DNA of 63,692 bases, counting the filler, from Asterionella formosa (taxonomy: Eukaryota): NCBI GenBank assembly GCA_002256025.1. It is 26 parts of 26 records of this genome, joined end to end, with 100 filler letters (N's around TTAATTAATTAA, not from the genome) between each part and the next. Parts side by side here need not be neighbours in the genome. Positions count along the whole stretch, not along the records: positions 1 to 1,091 come from NKIB01004392.1; positions 1,192 to 2,282 come from NKIB01004393.1; positions 2,383 to 3,473 come from NKIB01004394.1; positions 3,574 to 4,664 come from NKIB01004395.1; positions 4,765 to 5,855 come from NKIB01004396.1; positions 5,956 to 7,046 come from NKIB01004397.1; positions 7,147 to 8,237 come from NKIB01004398.1; positions 8,338 to 25,859 come from NKIB01004399.1; 18 more parts are not named here. One strand, written 5' to 3'. Within the stretch, counting starts at the first letter, position 1, and every line of letters begins with the position of its first letter. The notes beneath the pieces were generated by a model. The model saw only the letters and a program-made list of their open reading frames with translations, searched no databases and was not told the DNA's origin. The position numbers were made by a program, and so were the translations under genes. Of the stretch, positions 1-11,738 are shown one piece after another.

Positions 1-290
1 TATGATGGGCTATAGCGAGCTAAAATTGACATTTACACTCGATGAGTGGGCAGTAGGTAAGCGAATGGAGTGACGATAGCTAGTTTGTGAATTGCCTCAG
101 TAATACCCTTCTCGGTGGCTACATGCCTTCTCGTACACATTTGTACTCGCAGGCATGAGACCACCTCGGGCGTGTATTGCCTTCAGCAGTAAGGAATTCA
201 CCGCGCACTTTCGCCTCTCAACCAGCATCTGTAATAAAGTACCGGAAGTGGTAGTCTAATCTCATTAAATAACAAGTGAACCAAGTCGCC

Positions 291-1070
291 ATGTCGCATC
301 AGCAAGGCGACGTTGTCGGGAAATCCAAGGAGATGTTGGAGGAGCAGCAGACCAAAACATCGACTGTATCCGAAATCCAATGGCACAATCGCAAAGCCAG
401 CACAGTTGTCTCTCCTGCTAAAACTGCTAGACCAAATCTTCCAGCTGGACCAAGCATGATAGGTGGCTTCGAGAAGGGACAACCAGCGGAAAAGGAACGA
501 GAAAAGGTCGTTGTGTTTAACGCAAATACACCGGAAGGCAACTCCATTGTCCGTGCCTTGGCGAAGAGTGGATGTGACGTCTTGGCTCTGGTCCGAGTCT
601 TTACGAGCAAATATACCAAAGCCTTGCTTAAAATTAACAACGTCACTGTTAAAGTGGCAGACTCGCACAATCAAGCTGATCTGTCAAAGGCATGTGCAGG
701 AGTTCATCGCGCCTTCTTTTGCACCAAGTACTGGGAATGTTTTGAAGGATTGCTGGAGGAGAAACAAGCGACAATGATTGTCAATGCTTGCGCGGAGAAT
801 ATGGTACATCATTTAGTATTCTCCTCGTTTGAAGATACGAAAACTTTGAAGGAGAAGAACATCAAGTCGCAAATTAAACCGGATAATCATGGCATCATTT
901 GGCCTCAATTCAGTGGAATGAAGGATATCAAGCAGAAAGCCAGAAAGAAGAATGTCATGCTTACTCACATGCTTACCAGTTATATCGACCAGGAAAAGAG
1001 CAAAATGTCTCTTTGTTTAATTGTCGGTGAGAACGGTTCTTTGATTCTGCAACCAAATTTGAGTCGTTAG
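291..1070 (+). CDS. NmrA-like NAD(P)-binding Rossmann-fold protein
   Basis: First ATG at 291. Contains VVVFNANTPEGNSIVRAL (degenerate GxxGxxG), VLALVR, AGVHRAFFCTKYWE and VHHLVFSS, the NmrA/atypical SDR pattern. Confidence 0.75.
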   Translation: MSHQQGDVVGKSKEMLEEQQTKTSTVSEIQWHNRKASTVVSPAKTARPNLPAGPSMIGGFEKGQPAEKEREKVVVFNANTPEGNSIVRALAKSGCDVLALVRVFTSKYTKALLKINNVTVKVADSHNQADLSKACAGVHRAFFCTKYWECFEGLLEEKQATMIVNACAENMVHHLVFSSFEDTKTLKEKNIKSQIKPDNHGIIWPQFSGMKDIKQKARKKNVMLTHMLTSYIDQEKSKMSLCLIVGENGSLILQPNLSR

Positions 1071-1091
1071 ATGACAATATCGCGTGGAACG

Positions 1092-1191
1092 NNNNNNNNN
1101 NNNNNNNNNNNNNNNNNNNNNNNNNNNNNNNNNNNTTAATTAATTAANNNNNNNNNNNNNNNNNNNNNNNNNNNNNNNNNNNNNNNNNNNN
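1092..1191. other. Artificial contig spacer (N44-TTAATTAATTAA-N44), first of 25
   Basis: Identical 100-nt spacers with six-frame stops start at 1092, 2283, 3474, 4665, 5856, 7047, 8238, 25860, 27050, 28240, 29430, 30617, 48238, 49428, 50618, 51808, 52998, 54188, 55377, 56565, 57753, 58941, 60129, 61317 and 62505. Confidence 0.99.
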
Positions 1192-2382
1192 TCTGGATGA
1201 TCCAGACAATCGTGTTGATGAAATCTTCTGGGAGCATCATATTTCTGGGAACTACCTGCTAGCTGGTGACTGGGGCCATGAGGGAATCCAGGATGTGACA
1301 ATCCGAGAGAGCATGGATCTCTTTTTGAGAATGAGACAAAAAGGAATCCGAGCACATTCCTGGATCTAATGCTAGGCTTATCGATTTCATTGAATTAATA
1401 AATGATCGGCACTCGCTCAGATTGCAAACCCCCATTCAACAGTACTTTCCTTGAATGAATACGACAGCCGCAATTATGGCATGGAGGCATTGATACGCTT
1501 TCAAACACTTCAAAATTCCTGATTTTTTTATGCCAAACAAGAACAGAAGCTGAATGATTACAGGTATAATGGACAATGTATGACGCTGGCATATTGTAGC
1601 CTTTAGGAACTTACTAGTGACACATGGTGCTCCGATGCAGGCTTTTTCCAAAGGAATCTCTGCTTCCTGATACTCATGCTCTTCTGGGGTCGTTCCTTCT
1701 AGGTCGGCTTTGAGCATTTCACTTTGTCCCCATAAATGGAAGAATCAATTCTTTTGCATATATCTACTACCGGTATGTAAAAAATGCACAAAAAAGAAGC
1801 AAGAATGAAATCGCAAGCAAGCACACGCATTTCGCACATTTTCCCTTTCTGCATTGCTTGCTTACCAAACGTCATTCTCCGCCCAACAAACTATTTCTAC
1901 CTGGTACCAGGTACCACGACCTGGTACCTGGTAACTACAGATCACCAATCTGGTACATAGCTAGATAACACGTCAGTGCATGGCTTTTGTAGACTATACA
2001 TATAATACAACGTACATGAGTGTCAACAATGTTCCAACGCCGCTTTATGATAAAAGGCAGGTCATAAAAACGAAATTACAACACTTCGCTCAAAATAAAA
2101 GGTTGTGCGTCGTTGATCGAGATTGCAATTCGTCACTATAAACCCCATCATACTGACTACCGGTGTATAGACCGACATTTGCGTCTGTGACTTCTTCCTT
2201 TTTGCACCATCACACATACGATCCAACGTATCTTGCGCGAAAAGTCCTAGCGTGTTTTGTTTGCTTGGTTCTTCCAGCATCCNNNNNNNNNNNNNNNNNN
2301 NNNNNNNNNNNNNNNNNNNNNNNNNNTTAATTAATTAANNNNNNNNNNNNNNNNNNNNNNNNNNNNNNNNNNNNNNNNNNNN

Positions 2383-2505
2383 TATCTAAAACATAAGACC
2401 TAATCGACAACTAGATATGTTGTATCTGGCGCAACATCGGAAACAATTTTGTCGTACTAAAAATTGTCATAACTGGAAAATTAGAAAAAATCTAAGTATA
2501 CACTG
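2383..2505. repeat. Dispersed repeat; inverted copy at ~15325-15450
   Basis: ctagatatgttgtatctggcgcaacatc...cataactggaaaattagaaaaaatcta is the reverse complement of tagattttttctaattttccagttatg...gatgttgcgccggatacaacatatctag. Confidence 0.85.
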
Positions 2506-3599
2506 TAAAAATTATTTCGTTTGGTTGCTCAAAGCCATTTTTAAACGGTACCACCCCAGAAGATATGGTAAAAGACGGTTCGTTCTATCGAATAAACTGG
2601 GCAAAACATCTCAATTACCGGACCTACCACAAGTAACATACTAGAAGGTATGCATGAGTGAGTTCAAATGGTAACAAAGCGTACCTGGTACTCTCTCAGG
2701 GCGAAAACATGCAAGCAATTGCATCACAGCCTATTCTTAAAAATCTTCCGGGGCCGTTATGGCTCCTATGACGATATGATGACTTGTATTTCAGTTTTAC
2801 TGGATACTTTGACCTTACGTAGTAGGTCATATATTAACAGGATACATACAATGGATTCTACACACAAGTTTACCACAGGACGGAATCCTGAATCTTTTCG
2901 TATGCCATACTTGATGTCGAAATTGGGCAACATATTATAAAATAGTGTACAATGCATGTATGAAATCGTGCATTGATTTGTATGGTTCACACGGTATACG
3001 TAGTACACTCAATGCACCATGTGACTAGAATTTTGAATTAGCTAGCAGTACCAACATCGTACTATTTCGAGGTGTTGTTGGATACGATCTCACATCATGA
3101 CAACAAATAGCAATTCAGATCGAAATCAAAATTGGTTGTTCTTGGATAAAATCTATGGTCACAATGAAGAAGAATTCATATGGTCTGGAATTAAAGCGAC
3201 AATTAATTTGGGGTTAGCTGACAGATTATGTAAACAATCAATTCTACTTTAGTCGAGTTTTCTTTGACAAAGCACTGTCTCAACGACGACAAATAAGTCA
3301 CAGGTAAAGAGAAATTCAATTTGGATCCAGTGAGCATTCAATCGACAAAAAAACAGTTCGGTCAGGTTTGTGTCGACTTGGCACTGTTCGAAAAGTGCAT
3401 ACATACTGTTTGCTGTACAGGATAATCTTTCATTATATGATGAAGACTAGTAATGATTCATATGGAAAGCAAANNNNNNNNNNNNNNNNNNNNNNNNNNN
3501 NNNNNNNNNNNNNNNNNTTAATTAATTAANNNNNNNNNNNNNNNNNNNNNNNNNNNNNNNNNNNNNNNNNNNNTTTTAAGAATGACGCTTTGCTATTAG

Positions 3600-3772
3600 G
3601 TACATATATTAAGGACGATAAAGAAAAAATAATCATAAAAGAATGGTTTGTAATAACACTAATATGGACAACGAAAATTGAAATAGCCAATGGCGCATTT
3701 TTTAATGAAATTTATAGATTCACAAATGCAAAGCGACGATGTAATCAGCAAATTTCACACTTTCACAGTACA
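3600..3772 (+). repeat. Diverged dispersed repeat; second copy at ~4500-4662
   Basis: Both share ctaatat(g/t)gacaacgaaaattgaa..gcca.tggc.cattttt and cacttt(t)(c)acagta. Confidence 0.7.
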
Positions 3773-5349
3773 ACAACTACAAACACGACTAAAACAACAA
3801 AATAATTAATTAAAGCAAAGATGTCAAATAAGTTGTTTAAAAGCTTAGATATGGCTGATTGCTTGTATCGACGCTGAAAAAAGGATGCATTGTGACATGG
3901 GTATGATGGAAGCGTGATGGTGATGAGATTTCAAAATTATTTGCGTACCACTATAATTACTGGTATACTATGTATTATCTTCATTAGATGTATGTAGTCG
4001 ACAGTCAATATACCTGCAAGTTGCGGTAATTTTGCTATATCTAGTTCCATGTACAACTTCGTACCGGCAATACTGATTCCAATGCCAAATTCATACTTGT
4101 GTCTCTTCTTGACATCTGTTTAATAATCCAACTCGACCAGCTTGTTGTTACTATGTATTTTTAGCTTTAATCTGATTTAGCCTAAAATATTGAGACCAAT
4201 CTGTTTTGCTTTTTCTGCCATTTGCTTCTCGTTCGTTTTGCTTAATGTAGGACCGTTTCGCTTAAAGTAGATTTGCCTAGCTAAAGTTGTTTTGCTTAAA
4301 GTGCGCTTGCTTAAAGTAGCAATTTTGCTTGTAATGAGGTCATAAATTCAACGCTGCTGCCATCACAGTCACCTACAACCTACGTAATCATACTGTAGCT
4401 ATATCTGTGATACTGAATACCGGTACACACCAGTAGTTGTGTAGTTGCAAGCGGCTGGAGAATCCTTCATCGTCCTCTTGACAATGATGAAAATAGCGAA
4501 TATCTCGACAAAAATGAGAACAATCGTAAAAGAATAATTCTAATAGCGCTAATATTGACAACGAAAATTGAAGTCGCCACTGGCACATTTTTCCATATAC
4601 TTTAGAGATATGCAATCTTTAAACGACGATACTTCGAACAGATACAACACTTTTACAGTAGCTANNNNNNNNNNNNNNNNNNNNNNNNNNNNNNNNNNNN
4701 NNNNNNNNTTAATTAATTAANNNNNNNNNNNNNNNNNNNNNNNNNNNNNNNNNNNNNNNNNNNNACACCAAAATGAAATACCTCAACGAGAAGGTTCTTG
4801 CTAGTGAAGGGTGCTGCAAGCCACCCAAAAATAGTGCTAGGGTCGTCTGAATGACACCTCAAAAAGTTGAGCACTTTATGTGGCTACTCCTGCTCACCAG
4901 TATACTCAGACCACCCATTATTATGTAGGTAATTTATCTGGAGGATGCCGATATACAGCCGCCTTCACATGATGTTCCATGACTGTGGGACATTCTTTGT
5001 GTTCTTTACCAATGGAGAGAATGCCTAGCAAAAATGGCCCATTCTGTTCCCCTCACACTGGTTGCTTATGGGCATTCCTACAATAGCAGGTACAACATTG
5101 AGTCACGTTCGGTCAATCTACTGTTCACTCTAGCTAAACTGTGTTTTGTAAACAAATTTATTGCCAGGTGTTTTTGTCTGCTCAAGTCATTCTCAGAGTG
5201 AAGAAAGGAAAGAATAATTATGCCAAAAAACTGAACTGAAAAAATACTGCACTTTGGAAATTCAAGGTGTACTGTGACACCTAATGCCTCACGGTCCAAT
5301 GCCTCTAGCAACTTGCCAACTTCCCGACAAAGCTAATATCCATTTGGTC

Positions 5350-5625
5350 TTATGTCAAGCGATCAAGGTACACGGAATCAGTGACACTCGCGGGGAGCTC
5401 AATATCTCGAAGTCCTTGATTGGAAGGAACTGAATCGTACTGTTGACGCGATAAAATAAGTTCCCGTCTTCGTTTCCGCGAGTCCCGATAAACCATTATT
5501 AAAGAAATTCCAAAAGTCGCGCAATACATGTAACAGCCTCCAAAGGCCGATGACCGTGCTACACTGTAATCTTTAATGCCCCCGATGTAAAATGGTTGAC
5601 GGGTGAGCATCATTCCAACCCAAAA
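5350..5625 (-). CDS. Last exon of a small membrane protein, possibly RNASEK/V-ATPase subunit f-like (5' partial)
   Basis: Acceptor tttttcattag at 5626, then FWVGMMLTRQPFYIGGIKDYSVARSSAFGGCYMYCATFGISLIMVYRDSRKRRRE: two hydrophobic segments and a basic tail. Family call is tentative. Confidence 0.4.
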   Translation of the reverse strand, partial: FWVGMMLTRQPFYIGGIKDYSVARSSAFGGCYMYCATFGISLIMVYRDSRKRRRELILSRQQYDSVPSNQGLRDIELPASVTDSVYLDRLT

Positions 5626-5955
5626 CTAATGAAAAATGTTTGAGGACACACAAGTGAGTGTTTCAGTTTTGAAGGCTAATAGTGGTTCATCTCTGATATT
5701 CCCGTTGCTCCAGCTGCCACTTGTGGGTGAGCATGACATGGCGTTTAAGCCCCGATCTGCACTTGGCACCTTCAAAGGGGTTGTTCCAGCTATCACTATG
5801 ACCATAGGCCTTGCACATGCATAAAGAATAGACTACTGCTTCCCTCACTTGTGCGNNNNNNNNNNNNNNNNNNNNNNNNNNNNNNNNNNNNNNNNNNNNT
5901 TAATTAATTAANNNNNNNNNNNNNNNNNNNNNNNNNNNNNNNNNNNNNNNNNNNN

Positions 5956-7046
5956 AACGAATTCATCGCACCAGTACTGTGCTTCAGTCAGAGCATGATC
6001 ATCGACAAAGTGTCCAAACACGACGACATGTTGTAAGGTCCCACAGTCCCCCTCCTGTTGCTGGTTCAGGAAGCTCATCAAGACAGCATCAGCCCAGTCG
6101 AGAAACTCCCCTTGAACAGAGGTATCGCTTTCATCAAGAGAACATGAAAATGAAGCGAGCGCCATTGTCGTCAGTGGATCGAGTGCCTAGTGGAGCGGCA
6201 GAATCGTGTGACAGGAATAAAGCAAGCACAGGACATCGTCAATTGGAAGATAGAAAGGTCCCGACACAAGTAGTATTGACGACTCAGTCTGATCATTCAC
6301 GAGGAAGACGCAAAAGTTCACCAACCTCTTCTACTAAACCCCAAGAATTACACCCAGTTAGCGCAGCACAGTTATTTCATGATCATCCAGCTCATTTGCT
6401 TTCCATACCGTCCATACCAAGGAATCTTGGACCCCTGATACCCATCTCGGAAACCAGCTTGAAAACCTCAGACGTCAAGACTACTACTATAACGCGGCGT
6501 CCTTTGGGTAGACCAGCAGTTCGCATCGAGAAATTGAAGGGGGACGAGGATCCTGGACCTCGACCTCGATGTGACATTATAGTGACCACACAAGGGAGAA
6601 ATGGTCTCACTATGCATCAGATACAAGTGGCTACTACTGCTTGTGCTGCGGATAGGAATCACATCATTGGACAAACGCAAAGTGCTTTGCATCAACCAAG
6701 GTCTAACAGTTCACTGAACATTGAGGAACCAGATCCATGGGATCACACCAACGACAAGTTTATGTGTACCAACGCTACTGGAAAGAGAAATTCGGATACA
6801 AAAACGTCGTCCTTGGAAGCAAAAAAGCAAACGCGAAAACTTTCGTGGCAAAGTATCACCGCCTTGACGTCAACAACCATGCTGTCGCGTCGCGTGTCAT
6901 ATGATAATGCTTCTGCTTTGTCAGCGACACGCAAATTGTCATCCTCATCTCCTTGTGAGGCGCCAGCATATAGTCTCCGACGTGAGGATGGACAAGAAAT
7001 GACAGATATTAGCAGAAAGAAGTACATGGACATGTTGTTCAGTTAA
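5956..7046 (+). CDS. Hypothetical Ser/Thr/Pro/Arg-rich protein (probably 5' partial)
   Basis: Open frame of at least 355 codons filling the contig. Low complexity, no recognisable domain. Confidence 0.55.
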
Positions 7047-7146
7047 NNNNNNNNNNNNNNNNNNNNNNNNNNNNNNNNNNNNNNNNNNNNTTAATTAATT
7101 AANNNNNNNNNNNNNNNNNNNNNNNNNNNNNNNNNNNNNNNNNNNN

Positions 7147-7893
7147 ATTTCATACGAGAAAAGGTGAAGGCTGGGGATATTAGAGTTGACTATGTGAATA
7201 CTTTAAAGAATCCTGCAGACCTACTTTCAAAGAATGTCACTCAGAAAATTCATGACACTCATGCAACCCACATTATGAATGGGACCATGGATTGTTGGTT
7301 TCGAGATCAGGGAGGGTGATAAAATATATGGAATCCAACGAATCGAGAATCAATATTCTTAGTAGTGATTAGAAACCAAGACCCAAAACATCTCGTCATT
7401 TATTGACAAATGACTGGAGATGTTTACTTATTGACAAATGACTGGACTGGAGATGTTTACTTATTGACAAATGACTGGAGATGTTACTTATTGACAAGTG
7501 AATCAGATGCTCACTTATTGTCAAAAGAATAAGTGCTGCTCACTTATTGTCAAATGAATATGCTTACTTATTGTCAAAGTAAGCAAGATCATTTTGACGG
7601 GATCAAGGAAAGTGTGAGAAATCTTGTTCGGGATTACATGAGTAATCAGGCAAGAACAAGACTAGATAGACTATTAACAGAAAGCTCACAATATTACAAA
7701 GTGTAAAGTGAAAATACGTTTTCAGCTTTAGAGATCTTAAAAGTAAGATCTGTGATATTTCAACTAGACAATTTAACACCAAGGTACTGAAACAAAACCT
7801 ACCAACAAACAAAAAAAGATTTTGCTTGCTGAACATGAGCAATGCTCAGAACCCTCTTGGTTGATTGATACCTACCGTGAAGTGGTGGTATCA
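7147..7893 (+). mobile_element. Ty1/Copia LTR retrotransposon 3' end: RNase H C-terminus, polypurine tract and complete 3' LTR (7317-7893)
   Basis: 7149-7319 translates FIREKVKAGDIRVDYVNTLKNPADLLSKNV...GG* (Copia RNase H end). Purine tract AGGGAGGG abuts TGATA at 7317, and the inverse TATCA ends at 7893. Confidence 0.88.
7399..7578 (+). repeat. Seven tandem ~25-33 nt units inside the LTR, core TTATTG(A/T)CAA
   Basis: Directly visible. The first units share TGACTGGAGATG and later ones diverge. Confidence 0.9.
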
Positions 7894-8337
7894 TATGATT
7901 TGTTAATATACCGGTATATATAAACCAGAATACCAGCATTATGGATGCCGTTGTAGTGTACTTACTACATGGCGGTACACAAATACGTGTACTGTAAAAT
8001 ACAGTCGTATACAGATAAATACATATCGGTACCAGGTACCTGGAACCTGGTACCGGTAGTCTACTTTAGTATACTTCGTTTGAAGGAGTGGAAAATATCA
8101 TTTGCTGTTCTCGTTGTCATGGCAGTTCGAGATTCGATTTGCTCACTAGTCAACCAAATCATTTGACCCATCAACCATAAACCTAGTCGAGGGGCAACAC
8201 GACCTAGAACAATGAAGGAGAAGAAAGGATGGAACGANNNNNNNNNNNNNNNNNNNNNNNNNNNNNNNNNNNNNNNNNNNNTTAATTAATTAANNNNNNN
8301 NNNNNNNNNNNNNNNNNNNNNNNNNNNNNNNNNNNNN

Positions 8338-9046
8338 ATCCAAGGGAAAATGCATTGCTTAGCTGATACTGTCCTAGAAATAGCACCATAAGGCATTTTT
8401 CCACCATTGTTAGCCTTCTTAGCTTCTAGCTCCCTAATCACATTGTTAAGACAAATCTGAACACTGACCAACTCTTCAGGAGACAATTTCTTTCGAGGCA
8501 AGACATTGCCTTGTCGAGGCGCTTTCGAGGTCATGATGTTGGTATTGTGATGGGTGATGGGTGACTGTTGTGTGTTTGCATTTAATTTTTGTACTCATAA
8601 TTCGGGCGCGCCAGGAATTCCTATTTGACGTTTTCCATTAGTGAATTTATCTCTTTATTATGGCGCACGAGCGAAAGCGCAATGACGTCGTAGCCATATT
8701 AAATAAATTTTAGAGGATACTAAATTAGTTTTCTAGCGGAGGAATATTCTCATAGCTGAATACGTATATAAAAGGTGATGCTTGCTCAATCGAGTAAACG
8801 TGAAAATATCCAATTTTCGCAATTTCACGTCGACAGCAACCTTTGGGCGATAATACCTAATTAACAATGTACACAATGCAACAATACAAGTACGGAAGTA
8901 TTTACTCGCTATATAAATCTGAACAACTCGTTCGTGACAATAAATAGCGTATCTTGTAAAATAAGTTCAAACCGTGCGTTTACTCCGTTTAGCGGTGGCT
9001 TACAGTTCAAAAGTGGCCGTAGCGGTGGCTTACAGTTTTTAAGTGG
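8338..9046 (-). mobile_element. 5' end of a putative pogo/Tc1-mariner-like DNA transposon (ORF start 8534, TA-flanked terminus at 9046)
   Basis: ORF MTSKAP...NGGKMPYGAI...CIFPW resembles N-termini of diatom DDE-1 transposases. Two 30-nt-period repeats (8990-9046) end at ...AAGTGG|TA. Confidence 0.5.
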
Positions 9047-10832
9047 TACCTCCTACCAGGTACCAGGGTACCTTGGTGTTCCACCTGAAGTGGTTGCGTT
9101 AAATGAGATTGACATGACAGACATTTTGATGAGGATCTGTTGCATCATTTCAGCTGAATTTTTTTCCGTTGCACCAGGTTTACAACATTGCAAAATCCTT
9201 CCAAATCTAAGTTGTCCGTTGAGATGGTTACTGATGATGGCAAAACCCGAAGAGTTTCACCCAATATGTAAATCAAATATGGCAAAGAGTCGCAAAAAAT
9301 CGGAAAATTGTCTGGGTCTAGTATTTGAACAGATTGCCCCATCTAGAATATCTCAAAGGAAATTCTGACCTCATGGTCACCCATTGCGATTTACAGGGCG
9401 GAGTCTGCACCTCGCTTGGGAATTTGATCAAAGTTTGGATCAAATTCCTCCAATTGAACATCATCTGGATTATCATCAAAATCGACAGTAAATCAGGGTT
9501 GGTTTCATTACTTGCTTTTATTTGCTGCATTATAATGCCATACCGTCATGCTGTTACTATGCTTAGACAATGCTCAATGCATGGCATGTTGTAATTACAA
9601 TACTCTGTGAAAATGGGCTGCACAGCTTCTTGGAGAGTACTGGTAGTTTAGTAGCTAGAGTAAGACCTAAAAACTGTTCTATTTCAATCATCGTGGATGC
9701 TCCAAATGATCACGAGAGGTGGGAGATTATGATTGGACAAATGATTCAAGCAGATTCCATCAACACCAGAAGAAATTATTGTTTTGATGATGCATTTATC
9801 CACAGTAGTGGTGCAGGTGAGAAGATAGGAGGGGGCGGAGTGCAGGGCTGTGAAGCAGTGTTCAGCAATGAATTCTCATCGCAAGAACTATATTATATTT
9901 TTTTGAGTGATGTCATAATTATTATTATGAAATGATGTAATCCGTCTTCCATGTAGAACATAAATTAAATCTAGGATATTAGGATATTTTAATATAACGC
10001 TTTGAACCTCTATAATCGATTAATTCGTCATTATATACATACGTATCTTCAGTTGTCGATGGAATCTGGTTGAATCGTTTGTCCAATCATAATCCCCCAT
10101 CTCTCGTTAACATCTGGACGATCTACCGGTACCAGGGACGACGATTGAAATAAATATTGCAGTGTTTAGTCGTACTAATCGATGGAACGTTCGGTACCAG
10201 GTATGTAGTGAAATAGAGGGTCAAAGCAGTTTTTAGGTGGTGATACCTGGTACCTGTTATTTTTATATATCCTACCAGATAACAGATACAGACGACTATT
10301 GGCTTGCATGTGGGAGTGCGTACATAACAAATTTGAATTTGTAAAAATCGGCGGACCAGTCCATGTAGTCTTTGCTATGCCGGTGTCCACGATCTCAACA
10401 GGACTCACAATAAATGGATGAACCGTGCCCGTCACATTTTCGTCCACGAACGGTGCAATTCCTCGGCATCACGACTGTATCATTTCGAAGCGGGATACAA
10501 GTGACCCTGCATGAGAGGAACGACCATGCCTCTGAGCACGTGCATTACATCGCACAGCGCCTCAACAACTAGACTGAAAATACAAATGCCAGTTCAACAC
10601 TGATTCATTTACGCCGGTACTCCGCTACATGTAGTCTAATAATTTAGGAGTAGTTCATACCTGCCGGTACCTACATACTGCTTTTATCAATGCGAAGCGT
10701 CAATTTCAAAATTCGACAACAAGATCTGCTGCTGTGTTATTCCATTCTTAGTGGTGAGATTAACTCGCTCATTTCCGTCAGGAATGCACTCACAATTTGG
10801 TTCACCAGTACGATTTCAGACGAAACCAAACA

Positions 10833-11738
10833 ATGAAATTGAGTTCATTCATCTTATTTTTGCCTCCTCTTCTCGGTTTTTCCGTTGCTTGGGAAACGGA
10901 TCAGCGATGCCTTCGTCGTACTTTAGAAGGTGGTGACGCCATGTTTCTGCCACAGGATATATCCACCATGGATACGAACAGCGAATCAGTTGCTGTTTCC
11001 GACATGACCCCCAATCTTCGAGGGACCGAAGATCGCCACCGCTACCTGCAGTCGTCGTCGTCTACCTTCATGTTGAAAATGTATTGGCAACAAGGATACT
11101 GCTGGCAAGAAGAGTGGATTGAACGCAAGTGGTGCATGTCGTGCATTGGAAGCACTTGTGAGGAAGGTGAAATGTTGGACATTGAGGCTTGTGATTCAAC
11201 GAGGGCGACTCAGCATTTCCGCTACCGAGCCATTGCCGGCACTGGAGGTGGGCAACTTCGGACTGCCACGAAGAGCTTATGCTTGGACCGTGTGTCCCAT
11301 TCTCAATATATTCTCACTCAGTGTCGACGTACAAATCTAGAGAGTCAGATCCTTGTGGGCATCAAAACCGATGGCAGTCGTTTTGAACTAACCCCTATGG
11401 GAAGCAGCGGTCAGTGCATTGTGAACAATAATCATCATCCCACACCCGGAGAAAGACTGTTCTCGACCTCCTGTAGCACTGCTCATGACAGTCACACCTC
11501 CTTCTGGATGTCCTACAATGAATCGTCATCAGTAACCTCGGACTCGACCCAACCCCTGAAGGCCTTGAGCATGCGAAATCCCGAATGCAGTACCAGCCAG
11601 CCTTGCGGGCGATGTGAAGGAGACTGTGACATGGATGAGGAATGCCAGGGCAATTTGCAGTGCAAACAACGTTGGAATACGGAAGCCGTCCCAGGATGTT
11701 CTGGTACTGGGGTCTCGGGAAAGGATTACTGTTATTAG
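10833..11738 (+). CDS. Secreted protein with ricin-B-like domain and C-terminal Cys-rich domain
   Basis: Signal peptide MKLSSFILFLPPLLGFSVA, pro-region ending HRYLQ, LKMYWQQGYCWQEEWIERKWCM, paired Cys with QHF/SFW, and C-terminal CGRCEGDCDMDEECQGNLQCKQR..VPGCSG..DYCY. Confidence 0.8.
   Translation: MKLSSFILFLPPLLGFSVAWETDQRCLRRTLEGGDAMFLPQDISTMDTNSESVAVSDMTPNLRGTEDRHRYLQSSSSTFMLKMYWQQGYCWQEEWIERKWCMSCIGSTCEEGEMLDIEACDSTRATQHFRYRAIAGTGGGQLRTATKSLCLDRVSHSQYILTQCRRTNLESQILVGIKTDGSRFELTPMGSSGQCIVNNNHHPTPGERLFSTSCSTAHDSHTSFWMSYNESSSVTSDSTQPLKALSMRNPECSTSQPCGRCEGDCDMDEECQGNLQCKQRWNTEAVPGCSGTGVSGKDYCY

Noticed and set aside
1192..1717. Possible spliced gene on the minus strand
   Set aside because: No recognisable domain, and I could not build a stop-free exon chain.
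7399..7578. CRISPR-like array
   Set aside because: Inter-core sequences are near-identical rather than unique spacers, the array lies inside a Copia LTR, and there are no cas genes.
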